Below are positions 39,629 through 53,028 of a stretch of 64,000 nt of DNA, piece after piece. A program made the translations under genes and the position numbers. Every line of letters starts with the position of its first letter. Position 1 is the first letter of the stretch. Below the pieces are notes generated by a model, which worked only from the letters and a program-made list of their open reading frames with translations, ran no database searches and was not told the DNA's origin. Origin of the DNA: Camelus ferus (taxonomy: Eukaryota). Where the stretch lies: assembly GCF_009834535.1 (NCBI RefSeq), contig NC_045696.1, positions 87,856,001 through 87,920,000 of the forward strand, given 5' to 3'.

Positions 39629-40914
39629 AAGGCAATGGAATAGTAAAATCATGTTCAGTAGACAGTATATAAAATAAGGAAAGCATGACTTGGAGAGAGA
39701 TGTCTAATAAGGATTTTAGGCAGCTTCACTACGTGATATGTGGTGCTTTTTTATCCCCATACTCACCACAGGCACACATGATGGACACCTCGCAATGCCA
39801 AGACAGGTCTTTCTTAAAGAAAGACAATTTCTCTGGAACAGATTTGACAGGGCAAGGAAAATCTCAATCAACTATTATTGAGCCGCTAAAGAAAATAAGG
39901 TTCCCAATAAAACAAAATACAGCTCTCTCCAAGGTTTCAGCAAAGAAGAGCTTCTGAAAGGACATTTCTAGCTAGTAAAGTTGGGAGGGAAGGGGACGAG
40001 AACTCATCTATTGAGAGTACACCATGTGCCAAACACTTGATAGTTTTCATTCCATCTTACAGTTACTACAGTTCCATGAAGTAGCAGTATTCTTGTAATA
40101 GAGATGAGGAAACAGACCCTTTAACTCACTACATCGTGCAACTCCCAACTTTTCCCAGGCTGATTAATTTCTCATTAAGACTAAACCCTGAAATAAGCAA
40201 AACCAGAGAGTGGTGGTCACTTGTCCTTTGAATGTTTAATTCATCAGCCTTCACTGATGAGAATTTGTCAACAGCCTTAGATATAAGACCATATCTGTCT
40301 TACCTTCAAGCAACTTCTCTCACTAAAGCCACGCATACAGATGAGGAGGCAGCCATCAATAGACTGATGGAAACATTTTATTTCTGAGAAGGGAAATCAT
40401 TTATGGTTTTTGTCACCAAACTTCTTCCCTATATGCTCCTCCCTCACTTAAGCCTCCAGTCCTTGAGCTGGCACTGCAAGGCAATGTTCATCTGGAGCTT
40501 TGATATCACATCTAGGCAAGGAAGAAAAGCTCAAGGAGGAAGAAAGCATGGAGATCACACTGAACCACAGTCTGAAGAAAGATTGTGCTGACAAGGAGTT
40601 CTAGAAAGTGGAAAACCTCACTGGTGATCACAAATCAAAGGGTATGAGGATAAGGTAGAAGGAGCACTCAATTTTCATAATACAAGGCAGCCCTGGATAC
40701 ATTTCACAGAATTATATACATTAGTGGAACTTATATTCATTATGGGAATAAAGTAAAGGTCACACTGTATTCAATTTAGTCATAACCCAATTTGTCATCT
40801 CTGTAAATAAAACAAGTAAACATACAAATTAAATGCATGGCATTTGCTTTTTTACTTAAAAAATTTATGTTTAGAATGATCACTAGTTTCTTGAGTCACC
40901 TATACAGCATTGCT

Positions 40915-41222
40915 TTTTTTTCTTTTTTTAACTGAAATATAGTTGGCTTACAATATTATATAATTTAAGGTGTACAACATAGTGATTTGATATTTTTATA
41001 CATACAAAATGATCACCACAATAAGTCCAGTTACCATCTGTCACCATGAAAAGTTATTACAATATATTTGACTATATTCTCTATGCTGTATATTATATCC
41101 TCATGACTTATTTATTGTACTTTTTATTGAAGTATAGTCAATTACAATGTGTCAATTTCTGGTGTACAGCACAATGTCCCAGTCATGCAAACACATACAT
41201 ATATTCATTTCTTGATATTTTC
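40915..41222 (-). mobile_element. Two adjacent minus-strand L1 3'-end fragments
   Basis: tttttaactgaaatatagttggcttacaatatt... and tttttattgaagtatagtcaattacaatgtgtcaatttctggtgtacagc.... Confidence 0.85.
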
Positions 41223-41334
41223 TACTTCCTGAAGTAGGAAAAGCAGTGGGCTTTTTTAAACAATGATAAGAAAAAAAGGCACTATCACCAATTCATAAGA
41301 AATAAAAGAAAATGACATTATTGCTAAGGGATCA

Positions 41335-42080
41335 TATTATTCAGGGTCTTGTGGGTCACTGACAGGATTTGGGGCTTTAGCATAAGAGTAACTGAAAGAC
41401 ACTGCACAGTTTTAAGCAAAAGAGTAACAACATTAGGTTTGTGTTTTGAAAAGATCATTTTGATTGTTTTATGAATAATGAATTGGAAAGAGGTAGGAGT
41501 GTGGTCTCATGGGAAGCATTTAGGGGACAATTACAGAGTGCCAGAGAGAGGTGACATTGACTCCAACTAGAAATTGTCAGCAGAGATGGACAGAAATTGA
41601 GCTAAATTAAAAAAAAAAAAATAGAAATTGGAAGTCACTAAATTTGGTGCTTCCATGGATGTGTGGAACAAGAGAGGGGTCTAGAATGGATTTCAGGCTT
41701 CTGACATTAGCAGTTGGATAGATGGTTCTAAAACATACTAAGGAAGAAAATACAGAGAGAAGGTCATCAGTTCAGTTTTTAGGAGGTCGAATTTGCAGTA
41801 CTAAAAAGTCATCCAAGCATCCAAGTGCAGATGCCATGTAGATGATTAACAAAATACTAAATTGGGAGGGGAAATAAACTAGAGATAGGAAGTTGGAAAT
41901 GATCTTTAAATATGCAGAAACTGAGCTTATGTAAATAGATGAGATGACCCAGGGAGACGAAAGAGGATGAAAGAAAAGAGGGCTAAGGATAAACCTGGGA
42001 AAACCCAACACTCAGATTTTGGGTAGAGGAGAATTCAGCAAAGGAGATTAGAAAAGAAGATTTAGAGGCATAATAGAAAC
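41335..42080 (-). mobile_element. LINE-2 remnant
   Basis: gttttaagcaaaagagtaac...tgtgttttgaaaagatcattttg...agatgagatgacccagggaga...ggctaaggataaacctggg. Confidence 0.75.
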
Positions 42081-43029
42081 ACAAGAATCACTGAAACTAC
42101 TGGTCGACATATACTGGGAATTTTTCATATGCTGTTTCTAATTTTGCATCAGCTCTGTAAGATTAAATGGAAAAATGGATGAGTGAATACTCATGAAAAC
42201 ATTCACCTTGGAAAGAAACTAAGCCTAAGGGCCTCCTTATGAGGTAGTCACCTTTAAGGTAATTCACATCACCTTATGTTCCCCCCAAGCCTGGGTGACA
42301 GCCTAACCGACAACAGTTGAATAGACAGGTATGACCAGTCATTAGTACCATTATAGAAATATGGAATGAGTTTCTCACTAAAAACATAAATTTTAATAGA
42401 TTAAATATGGTATAGACTTTTAATCAACAACACTAAAAGAATACTAAAAAAAAGTTTTTACTTTTTTCCCTTCTATTTCAATACCTCAGCTATCAAAACT
42501 AAAAATAATTTTTTAAATTTAAAATGGTGTTATTTAAACATTTCAATTATTTTCCACAGGTGGTTTTAGTAATTTTCAAAATCTTGATTTGAGGATGAGG
42601 ATAGTAAAATCTACGAAAGCATAATAATGCAAGGAAAACAGCAAAATGCTACCAGCACTCGGTGCTGTGCATCTCAGAGAACGGAAGGCTCTCTTTCACA
42701 ATGAGAGAAGAGCGAACTTGAGGGTTTTAGGACTGGCTGGCAGATAATAATGAGTCTATATCTCAGCTTATTATCTGTACATCAGAAGTAAAACCACCCA
42801 CGAAATAGGACTAGAAGGGTCAAAACAAATGGTACTGGTAAAACTCCATGGTTACCAGGCTAACAGAAAGTATTCAATAAATATTCATTCCTTGAAAAGT
42901 CAAATTCAAATGAAGAAAGATTATTCCACTGGCAAACAGAGAAAATAAGGAACAAAGAGTAGTACTTGGCCTTTTAAAGTTCCATCACACTTTGCTGGAC
43001 ATCTTTGTGAAGACAATCTAATATGGCTA

Positions 43030-43295
43030 TAACATAACACTGGTACCAGACTGCCAAGGTTCAGATCCCATCTCTACCATTTACCAGCATGGGACTTGGC
43101 TAAGTAGGTCAACCTCTCCCTCATCAATTTTTTCTATTCATAAAATGTTAAAAACAGTTATCTACTTCACTGGATGCTTGTAGAGATTAAATGAATTAAC
43201 ACATGTAACATAAATATATGTAAAGTTAGTGAATATAAAGTGCTAAAAACATTCCCACACAGGGTAAGTGCTTGAAAAGTGTGATCTTTTATCAT
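43030..43295 (+). mobile_element. MIR SINE
   Basis: ccagactgccaaggttcagatcccatctctaccatttaccagc...gagattaaatgaattaac. Confidence 0.8.
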
Positions 43296-43327
43296 CCACA
43301 ACTGTAAGTCAAAACTACTGTGGCAGG

Positions 43328-43774
43328 ATTTGCAGCAACATGGATAGACCTAGAGGTTATCATATTAAGTGAAGTCAGACAAAGAAAGGTAAGTATCATA
43401 TGATGTTGCTTATATGTTAAATCTAAAAAAATACAAATTTTATTTACAAACCAGAAATAGACTCACAGACGTAGAAAACAAACTGTGGTTACTGGGGAGA
43501 GAAAAGGGAGGGAGGGATAGATTAGGAGTTTGGGATTAACAGACACACCTTACTATATATAAAATAAACAACAAGGATTCTATTGTATAGCAAAGGGAAC
43601 TATATTCAATTTCATACAATGAGCTGTAACAGAAAAGAAAATGAAAATATACCTGTGTGTGTATGTATAACTGAATCGCTTTGCTATAAAACCTGAAACT
43701 AACATTATAAGTAGCTAGTACTTCAATAAAAAAACAAGAATTAAAAAAAAATCATTTTCAAGTCAAAAAAAATT
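43328..43774 (+). mobile_element. Short LINE-1 3' fragment with TSD
   Basis: atttgcagcaacatggatagacctagag...cttcaataaaaaaa. TSD ctgtggcagg at 43318-43327 and 43775-43784. Confidence 0.92.
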
Positions 43775-46619
43775 CTGTGGCAGGGTATGAATTAATAATT
43801 TCTATCTTGGTCTTGTTAGTATAGGAGAAAAAGAATGAGAATTTTTTTTAACCTTTCCTTTAAAAGATCAGCCAAGCTTGTGTCCAAGTTCTGAGTTTCT
43901 TATTATTTATCCCTTTGAGGAGTTTTTGGCTGCCTTGAGTCTCACTGGCACAACTGAAGAAAAACTACTGAGTTATTTGATCTTAAGCTAATTAATCGTA
44001 AGGTACTTAAAAAAGTAAACTCAAGGTTTCTAGAAAGAGATTGGGAGGTGCCTAGTGCTTGGATAGCTAGGAGCGAGGATATGGCCTATAGATCAAGATT
44101 CCTGAAGACCTGGGAGAAGAGGCGGGTTCTACAAAAGCCATAAATTTATGTCATAGATGCATGACACAGCCCAGATTGGGAAGGAGCTTCTCGTTGCCTT
44201 GGAGATTGAACACTCTGAGCCAGGTCAAGCGGCAGCTGTTTCTAGCCAACCAGGCATGTCCTGCTTCCCAACTCCCCAAGTCTGCTATATATCTAGGGCC
44301 AGATATTAACATATCAATGCCCCACAAGTTTCAGAAGGCTGATGTTCAACTGTGGTAATGACAGCAAAATAGTAATTATCATGGCTGTTGCCTTTTGGGG
44401 GCACATAAGCCCTGAGACGCTCTTATAGGATAACGGAGATATAGAAGAAGCCAATATTAAATAATACAGGATGTCCTATCAACACTACTGTATGGGACTT
44501 AGAGCCAGTCTTAACTTTATTTAGAAAAAAAATTTTAATGACCTTTATAATATCCAATTTTTGTGGGCTCAATTCAAACAAGTAAGAGTTTTGTTATGAA
44601 TGTGGAGTACCCTATTACAGTCATCTAGTTGAGGTTGTTCTAACCTTGTTCGAACTAATTGGACATCAACTGTTTTACAGTCATTTTGGAAGTTGCATCT
44701 AAGGATAATATTAAGTTTAATAAAAATGGTGTAATGTCACGCACTTTCTGATAGGGCATTCTTTTTCTTTTTATTGAAGTATTTCACATACAAAGTAGGA
44801 AATGTTTATTTTAGTAGTTATGTGTCATGATATGAATTTGGCATGAAAATCACTATACTAAGGAACAAGGCCGTAATATATAATCCGATGTCTTTGAGTT
44901 TTAAGAGATAGATGGACTTTAAATATAAACAATAAACACACAGTGTACCTATAAAGTCCATCTTTAGAGAACGTATCACAACGCAAGAACTTGACTATCT
45001 GGTCCTTATGCCAAGTTTTACCTTGTGGTAGACAGAGATGGCTATGTCAGACTAACTCAGAGGATGATACCACTTATAAACAGATCCAAATCACTGCCCT
45101 TACTTCATTCTCTGCTTGCCAGTCAGCTTTTAATTTTATTTTGCTTCTTAGGAAGATTGGTTTATTGGCAGTATATATGCCAAGTGTTGAATGCAGTTAT
45201 ATTTCTGACAATAAATTAGTAAATAAGACAGTCAGCATGTGAAAATGTGTTATGTGTGTATTATAACCAGGGTCCCTCAAAGAAATAAGCATTGCAAGCA
45301 TCTTAAAAGAGTCTTAAGCGCATACTTTCTCCCTCATATTCAAATCCTTCATTCTCATACTTGATTCACTTACAGTTGAAGTGAGATATTCTAAAGTCAG
45401 GAATAACATCACGGCAGCATGTTTTGATTCACTGTATCCTTTTACAAAAGAAACCCAATTGAAATTTCAGGTAGAAATTGTTTACTGAGGTCAATCTGCA
45501 ATTCTACAAGAGAAGTTAAATCTCTGCTTCCGTGAGCTTCTGTGAACAATCTTAAAATATGCTCAATAAAACAAGCTGTCCAACCAAGACAAAGAGTTTT
45601 AAATCACTGCAGTGACACATACTAAAGGTGTATGACTCCTGAAATAGCAAAATGGTACTGAGAAGTTTAAGACAGTTCTGATCCCCAGTTCCTGGAGTCT
45701 TCTAAGGATGGGTGCACTATGCAACTTACTAAGGAGAATTACACTTCAAACCTAAGCATGAATGATGTTTCAAAGTTAAAGTAGACAGGTAAAGTTAAGC
45801 ATTTATTTTACTAAGCACACATGGTTAATATTTTTAAAGTGAATTTAGTGCTGTACAACAGCTAGAAAACTTTCTGTTTAGACTGAAAACTTTCCCTCAA
45901 CTTCTTTACAGTTATTTCAAAAGGACTGCATGAATTTATTAGAATGAATACTAACCTTATGCACAATCTCAAAAATATTTGCTATTTTGTCCTGTGTTTC
46001 ATCTTTTTACTATTACAATAATGCTAATATTTTATGCTAATTCTTACTGAACTTCAGTCGTATTTGAAAGGTTAGAATAATACCTTCTAGAAATCTTCAA
46101 ATAGTTATAATCATAGAGAGCATTTACCTATTTGTACACATTATATTCCCACATATCCATTTTAAGAATTTTAAGGAAAAAAAAAGTCTCCCCCACTAAT
46201 CCCTCCATTCCTCACACCATTATGTATAATATTTTTTTTTTGCCTGCTTGAAATCAAGAATTACATGGTCAGCTCCAAAATCCTACCTACTTAAAATACT
46301 CTTTCATCTTTTAGAGAGTTGATAAAAAGCAAAATCCATCAACTTGTCTCTGGCTGAGGAGAAAACAGAAAATGTTTTTACTTGTTCTTCTCACAGTGTC
46401 TCTGTACACTTCACCACTTAAATCACCAATTGCCCCATGTGTATCTCTCAGGCTAAAATATAAAGCTATAGATTTTCTGATGTGCCCCAACCTCTGGAAG
46501 ATGTCAATGGCAATCCTTAGTTAAAAAACTTTCCACAGAGTAAGACTTCCCAAATATCTGCACCTTATCTCCTTGTCATTTGTATTAATGCAGTTAGTTT
46601 TAATGTAAAAGTAAAGTGG

Positions 46620-47574
46620 TTTGGTTTCTGGGTCAAGACAGTACATTTTGAAAGTTCCCTCTTCCTGTGTATACCTAGAGAGGATAAATAATAAAAACGT
46701 CTTTAGATATCTTTAAATGTTTAGCTGTGCTTGAAAAGAAAAAAAGACAATCTTTGTAGTTTAAAAAGCACAATATCTCCCCTTAAAAAAAAAGAGAGAG
46801 AGAGAGAGACAGTGGGAGGAAAGAGGGGAGAGAGAAAAAGAAAGAGGGGAAGTTAAAAATTCAGAGAGAAAAGGGGAAAGGAAGGGAAAGAAAAAAATCT
46901 TAAGAATATTTCACACACAAATTGTCCCAGCCAAAGAAACTCAAAGGAGAAATCTTTTCTGGAAATTGAGCTCATAAAACATAATAATAAAGTTTATGAG
47001 AAACACCTGCACCATGAAAGTTGGCACTCAAATCTATAAATAAGAGACTTCCTAAGAAAATAGAGATAAAAGAAATCTATAAAGAGCTTTAAAGTAGGTA
47101 TCTTTGAAAATCTTCATAAACCAAGATGTAAGTAGCCCCACAAAATAAAACGGCAAGTTGTGAGATGTGAATAGGCTATTATTAAATAAGTAGAGCCAAA
47201 TATTTAAAAGGCCAAATTAGAAAACCTAGAAAGAAAAAAAAAAGATGCTTATTAACATTTTAAAAAGAAACAATACATAAACTAAATAATAGAACTGAAA
47301 AAAAACCAGTGAGCTACTGAATAGGAAAATAAAACCAATGGACTCTTAAGAAAGGCCAGAATGAAAACAAGATAAAGGTTTTAAAATTGACGACCTATAG
47401 GGGTAGACAAAAAAGCACAATTTAAACATAATAGAGTATCAAAAGGAGTGAATTAAGAGAAAGTAAGTAAACAGAGATGATAGCAAAGAATTTTTCAGGA
47501 CTGAACAAAAGGCATGGGTCCTTGAATTTAAAAAGCCCCCTGAGTATGGAGTAAGTTGAGAAAGACAAAATAAA

Positions 47575-47606
<32 letters not shown>

Positions 47607-48000
47607 CCTTTAAAGAAACAGAAACTGAGGAACTTCGAGAATAAAGAGAAAATCCTAAAAGTTACCAAAGAGGTAAAACAATTTACCTACAAAGGAATGA
47701 GAATCTAAAAGTTGGCAGATTTCTTATTATCAACAATATATGTAGAAAACAATGGCATAACATTATCTAAAGGTTTATGGAAAAATCAATAAGAAATTAG
47801 AATTCTATACTCAGCCAAAACATTAAAAAAATCAAAAAAAAAATCTTTTTCAAATATATGAGGTCTAAGAATGTTATTAACCTAGACTCTCTCTGGAAGA
47901 ACTATTAAGTAACATACATCCCAGTGAGAAAACATGAACCCAGAAGCAATCTGTGGGATACAAGAATCTAGAAACCCACATAGATTTTATATACAAGGTA
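46620..48000 (+). mobile_element. Ancient HAL1/L1ME-type ORF1 remnant
   Basis: A-rich and ORF1-like: gataaagagaaaatcctaaaag...tacctacaaaggaatgagaatc...agaattctatactcagccaaaa. It contains (GA)n and (CA)n tracts and appears to resume at about 49340-49640. Confidence 0.65.
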
Positions 48001-50298
48001 ACTCTCAAATACTTTATTAGTATAAAATCTCTTATTGCCAATGGGAACAAAATTAGGTGGTCTAATTGACCATGGCTTACCTGATTGTTGGAAAACTGAG
48101 AATTATTTTACTCTAGAATATGGGGGTCAAATTATTAATCCTTTAAAATTCATAAGGAAGGATCATAACTCCAAGGACTGGTGGACCTTCACCCTGTTCT
48201 TGCAGCTGCTAGCATGATCTCATCTAGTAGTGGGTATGATGTGTTCAGTGAGCAGTTCTCATTACGTTACATAGTTAATTCTGAACAATGACTTGTAAAA
48301 GCCCATTTCTGTTTTTTGGAGAGTTTGCAGACATGAATCTAATTCTTCCAGTCAGTACAGCATGCAATGTGCTAGCTGATAAAACAAGAGTCAGAGAGGC
48401 CAGAAGCTAGAGGTGGGTGCCTCCTTCTGATCTAAACAATAGTCATGGGAGATGGGTTGTTCCATGACTTCGTGTCCAGTAAGTTGTGCTATGGCAGGTT
48501 CCAGAACCTGTGAAATGAACAGTACTACCAGGCAAGTGGGTGAATGGGAAATGTGAAAAGCTACAGGTTAAATGTCTGAAATATATGCATGATAGAGATG
48601 CTGACCAATTCTTCTACAGTATTCATGGAATAGTATGAACATTCTGGTTACAGCAGTTTAGGCATTACTTACTTGTTGTTGATCTATAATTATTTGCTTT
48701 ATACTTGCTAACTTTTGTTTCTCAGTAAACTTTTTTGAAAGCAATGAGCCAAAAGAAGTACGTTTCTCAAAAACATTAGTGCCAAATTTCCATTTCTTAA
48801 GAAAGTCAATGACAAACATATAACTTGTCTAAAATGTTTGTCTACATTTGCATCCACCATGGAGGTCAAAGAGATATCACTGACCAGGTGAAAATCAAAA
48901 GACAGAATCTGCTGGAGAAATACCAGTATTTACTTCAAAAGCTGACAGAGTAGCCCCAAAGGCAACAATATAACATATGTAGCTACAGAGGGGGCACTTC
49001 TATGTCACTCCGTAAATATGACTATTTAGATTAAATGACTGTTCTTTAATATTTATTTTGCTCATTTTTATTCCAAGTTTTCTTATGCATATATAATATG
49101 TGATGTGATAACTATAAATCTGTTGTTTCTATTAACATAAAAACTATTGTATAACATAAAAACAATGACTCTTGGATTAATCCAAATCAGTCATAATCAA
49201 ATATATATTTGTAAATAACATAATTAAGATATATTAATTATGAATGTATTACTATTCATATAGTAATAATTCAATACATGTTAAACTATGACTAATTGGA
49301 GTTAATCCAATAAATACAATGACAATACAATTTATAAATATTTTTAAACACAAAAAAATAGTAATTATGTATTTATGGAGATATAAATGTAATAAAAAAA
49401 GGCAAACTTGCATGGGACTGATAGAAGGCAATTTCAGGAAAGCAGTACTGTGTAAGGGAGGGTCTGAAAATGAAGGGTCTGGGATGCTATTTTAGCAGTA
49501 TCTAATTTCTTTTTCTTAAAGAGGAGATGTTAAAGCTAATATGGCAAATATTCGCATCTTTTTAAATGTTGGTAATGTTCATAGGTTGTGTTATGTGATT
49601 TTCTCCACTTTTCTATTTGTATGAAAACTTAGTAATTATGCATACATTTTTTTAAAGCTTGTACTAAGAACTATTGGAACTGTCAAGCTTCATTGCTGCA
49701 TGGTTAGTCAAGAATTCCCAAGTATCACTATGAACATACACACGTCTTTGAGAGGATTTAGTTTCTTCAAACCTCCAAGCTCCTGCCTGGGATACTTCTC
49801 TGGCTGCCAGTATCTTTGAAGCCAAACACCTGTTTTCAGCACAGTACCTCAGCCTCTCCTTCCTGTGTGTCTGATGTCCCAGAGTCCAGCGTGTAATTGC
49901 TCCAGAAAATAAATCACCAGTTTTCTTGAGGGCAGGGCTGGGCTAATAACTTTACTGTGTGGAATGGGAAAAGGTACCCAAGGACTCTGACTAGTCCTTT
50001 CAGCCCTTCCATATATTCCCTCAAGTTTTCACCACACTATCCACCTGAGTTTTTCTAGTGCTCTGGTTCTTTGAATCTGAGTTTTTCCAGGGTTTGGCAA
50101 GTGAATCAACAGACACTCGTCAGCACCCACTTATGCCCTTAGTTTCAGTCTCTCTATTCCCAGTTCCTTCCCACCCACCTCTCCCCTTCCTATCTTCAAA
50201 AACTGCCTTGATACCGCTCCAATCTTCATCCACTGTTACCTGCCCCATCCCAGCCCTTTTACTCTTACTAACATACACTTTAAAAAGTATTATTACTG

Positions 50299-50735
50299 AT
50301 GTTGTGCATCTGTTCATGTGCCTGCTGGCCATCTCTTAGGAGAAATGTCTATTTAGACCTTCTGCCCATTTTCTGATTGTTTTTTTTTTTTTTTATTGAG
50401 CTGTATGAGCTGCTAGAGATGATCATACTAAGTAAAGTCAGTCAGTCAGAGAAAGACAAATATCACATGATATCACTTATATGTGGAATCTAAAAAAAAA
50501 TGGCACAATCTTATTTACAAAACAGAAAGAGACTCACATATAGAAAACAAATTTATGGTTACCAAAGGGGAAAGGCAGGGGCAGGTATAAATTGGGAGTT
50601 TGGGATTAGCAGATACAAATTACTATGTATAGAACAGATAAATAAGGTCCTACTGAATAGCACAGGGAACTATATTCAATTGCTTGTAGTAACTTGTAAT
50701 GAAAAAGAGTATGTACGTGTGTGTGTGTGTGTATG

Positions 50736-50781
<46 letters not shown>

Positions 50782-50869
50782 AAACTGAACTAATATGCTA
50801 TATACCAGAAACTAATACAACATTGTAAATCAACTACACTTCAAAAAAAAAGGTGGGGGGAGGGGAATG
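50299..50869 (+). mobile_element. 5'-inverted (twin-primed) LINE-1 insertion
   Basis: A minus-orientation L1 segment (about 50299-50412) is fused to a plus-orientation 3' end (about 50413-50852). TSD ttattactg at 50290-50298 and 50870-50878. Internal (TG)n(TA)n tract. Confidence 0.85.
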
Positions 50870-53028
50870 TTATTACTGTTACTTTAGAGGTACTTGCAAA
50901 GGAACAGAGATAAATATGTGTCTCCACCATTTTTTAAATGAAAGTCACTTACTTTTTCATTTTAATATAAAATGTTTTCACATTGAACTATTATATGCAA
51001 AATTAAAGTTGTGTACTGAAATAAACCTAACAATAAGGTGTTGCAATTCCAAAAATTTTTAAGCCATTGCCTAAGACTAAGTGATGCTTCAAAGTCACGT
51101 AAGCATCTGTTATAAAGTAAAGAAGTATTTTTTTCTTCTAGTAGTAGATAGATATAGAAATATTTTATAAGAAGTTCTTTGAAAATGTTCTTGTTTAAAC
51201 CTGCTTCCTTTTATACTATGGAGATATCAGGGTGTCTTTTCAATCACTGGCTGCAAACTGGTGGCTTATACATCTAAGCTGTACTTCATTGGATTTGTCT
51301 GTTCAAAATAAAATGGAACATGTATTTTAGGTGAGGCAGGCACTGTCCTGTTCACAACAGATCTCATCCTCCCCGTTGCTCAACCTTCTTCCGAATTTAC
51401 ATTTCACAGCATCTTCCTGGACCCTATAGGTAATTTGGATTTAAAACCTCAGCAAACCTCAGCCAGAGCATTTTAAAGCCTTTTAAAGGAACCCAACCCT
51501 CAACAAATGATAAGAAAATTGCTAGGCATCTGCATTACAAAGAAATCTGAAAGGATACCTACCTTTCGTAGACTAACAAAAATATGAAAGGAAAATAGGG
51601 GTTCAATAAATTGCGATAGAACTGCTTTTAACGAGTACCCTGGCCATTTTTCAGAGGAACACCAAACAATTTGTGGTTCTCTCTATTCTTAATCCAGATT
51701 AGTTGATGAATCGCTTCAAATATTTAGATATAAAGAAAATGCCTTCTTTTGAGTGGGGAAAAAACTGACAGTTTCCATTAAAAATTAATGCTTTCACCTT
51801 ATAATGTCTGCCAGCTCAACTTGCAGCAGCTCGGGGGCCAGTGCTCTAAGGAGAAGCCTGGCCACCAGAGCAAAGCCCAGCAACACCACATCTCAAGTTT
51901 TATGACTTCTTAATGGCTTGAATCACTTGTAGGTATTTTTAATACCTGCTGTCAGCTTGGAAATGTTTCTCACCTGGCAACTGTATAAGGACAATAAACT
52001 TGTCAAGCAAGTAACTACTCACTTTATTATTAAAAACATAAAATCCAAAGAAATGGGAAAGTTGTTTAGGTCTACAGCTTCTTCTCACTGACACTTTTCA
52101 GCCAGAAGGGCTTTTAAAACCACTTTCGGAAGTTTATTGCCTTATTAAGAGAATTATCAGAGAATAAATTATGTGGTAATAATCTGGTGCTCTTTCTAAA
52201 TAACAAAAAGAGGCAATAAATGTATTCATATTACATGTTTTCAATAACTGTTAGTCACAACACATTTTTTTAATTCAGGAAAAACTTTGCAGAAATCAGT
52301 TATGAAAAGTAACTGTGGCTAACCCTTTTCTTTCCAGAAAAACAATGCAAAGATAAATGTAAATTTTTGTTTCAGAAGAGAATAAGTAAGTTCACTGAAT
52401 AAACAATTATCATTCCCAGACTCAGGTTTTATGCTGTTGCTTCTGAAATAAACTCCCAACCCTTCCTTCTTTCCTGTACTAAAAAATGTATTTGCAAAAT
52501 AATCAATTTTCATTGAGTAATAAAATGGTGCCTAGTAATATGGTAAGAATTGTAATTAATAGGACCTCTTCATCATTATTCAGACATAGAGTTAAGATAT
52601 TTGACATTAACTCAGCAAAGTATTTCTGTAGATGGTAAATAAGACCCAATAAGACCGTAAGTGCTTCAAAATCACTACTTTAAAAAACCCGGCAATCTCT
52701 GGATTTGAAAGAGCTTCCACCTGATAAATTTCATCAAGATCATGCTTACTGGCACATGGACTGTTTCAATACCCTGAACAAATGCCTTTTTCATTTTGAC
52801 AAATAACGCATCCATTATCTCTTAGCTGTAACAAGGTTATTGAGGGGTCACAATTCAATGGATTGAAAACATGAATGATTTAGTTTTTTCCTTAACTGCT
52901 CTAGGAATTACAAACTGGTAGTCTATAAACTTAAGCAGTATTTTGTTTGGCCTATAGTGTTTAAAATAAAATTGAATTTGAATTTAAATGAAGCATGCAC
53001 TGTCTTACTCTCCTGACAACATTCTCCT

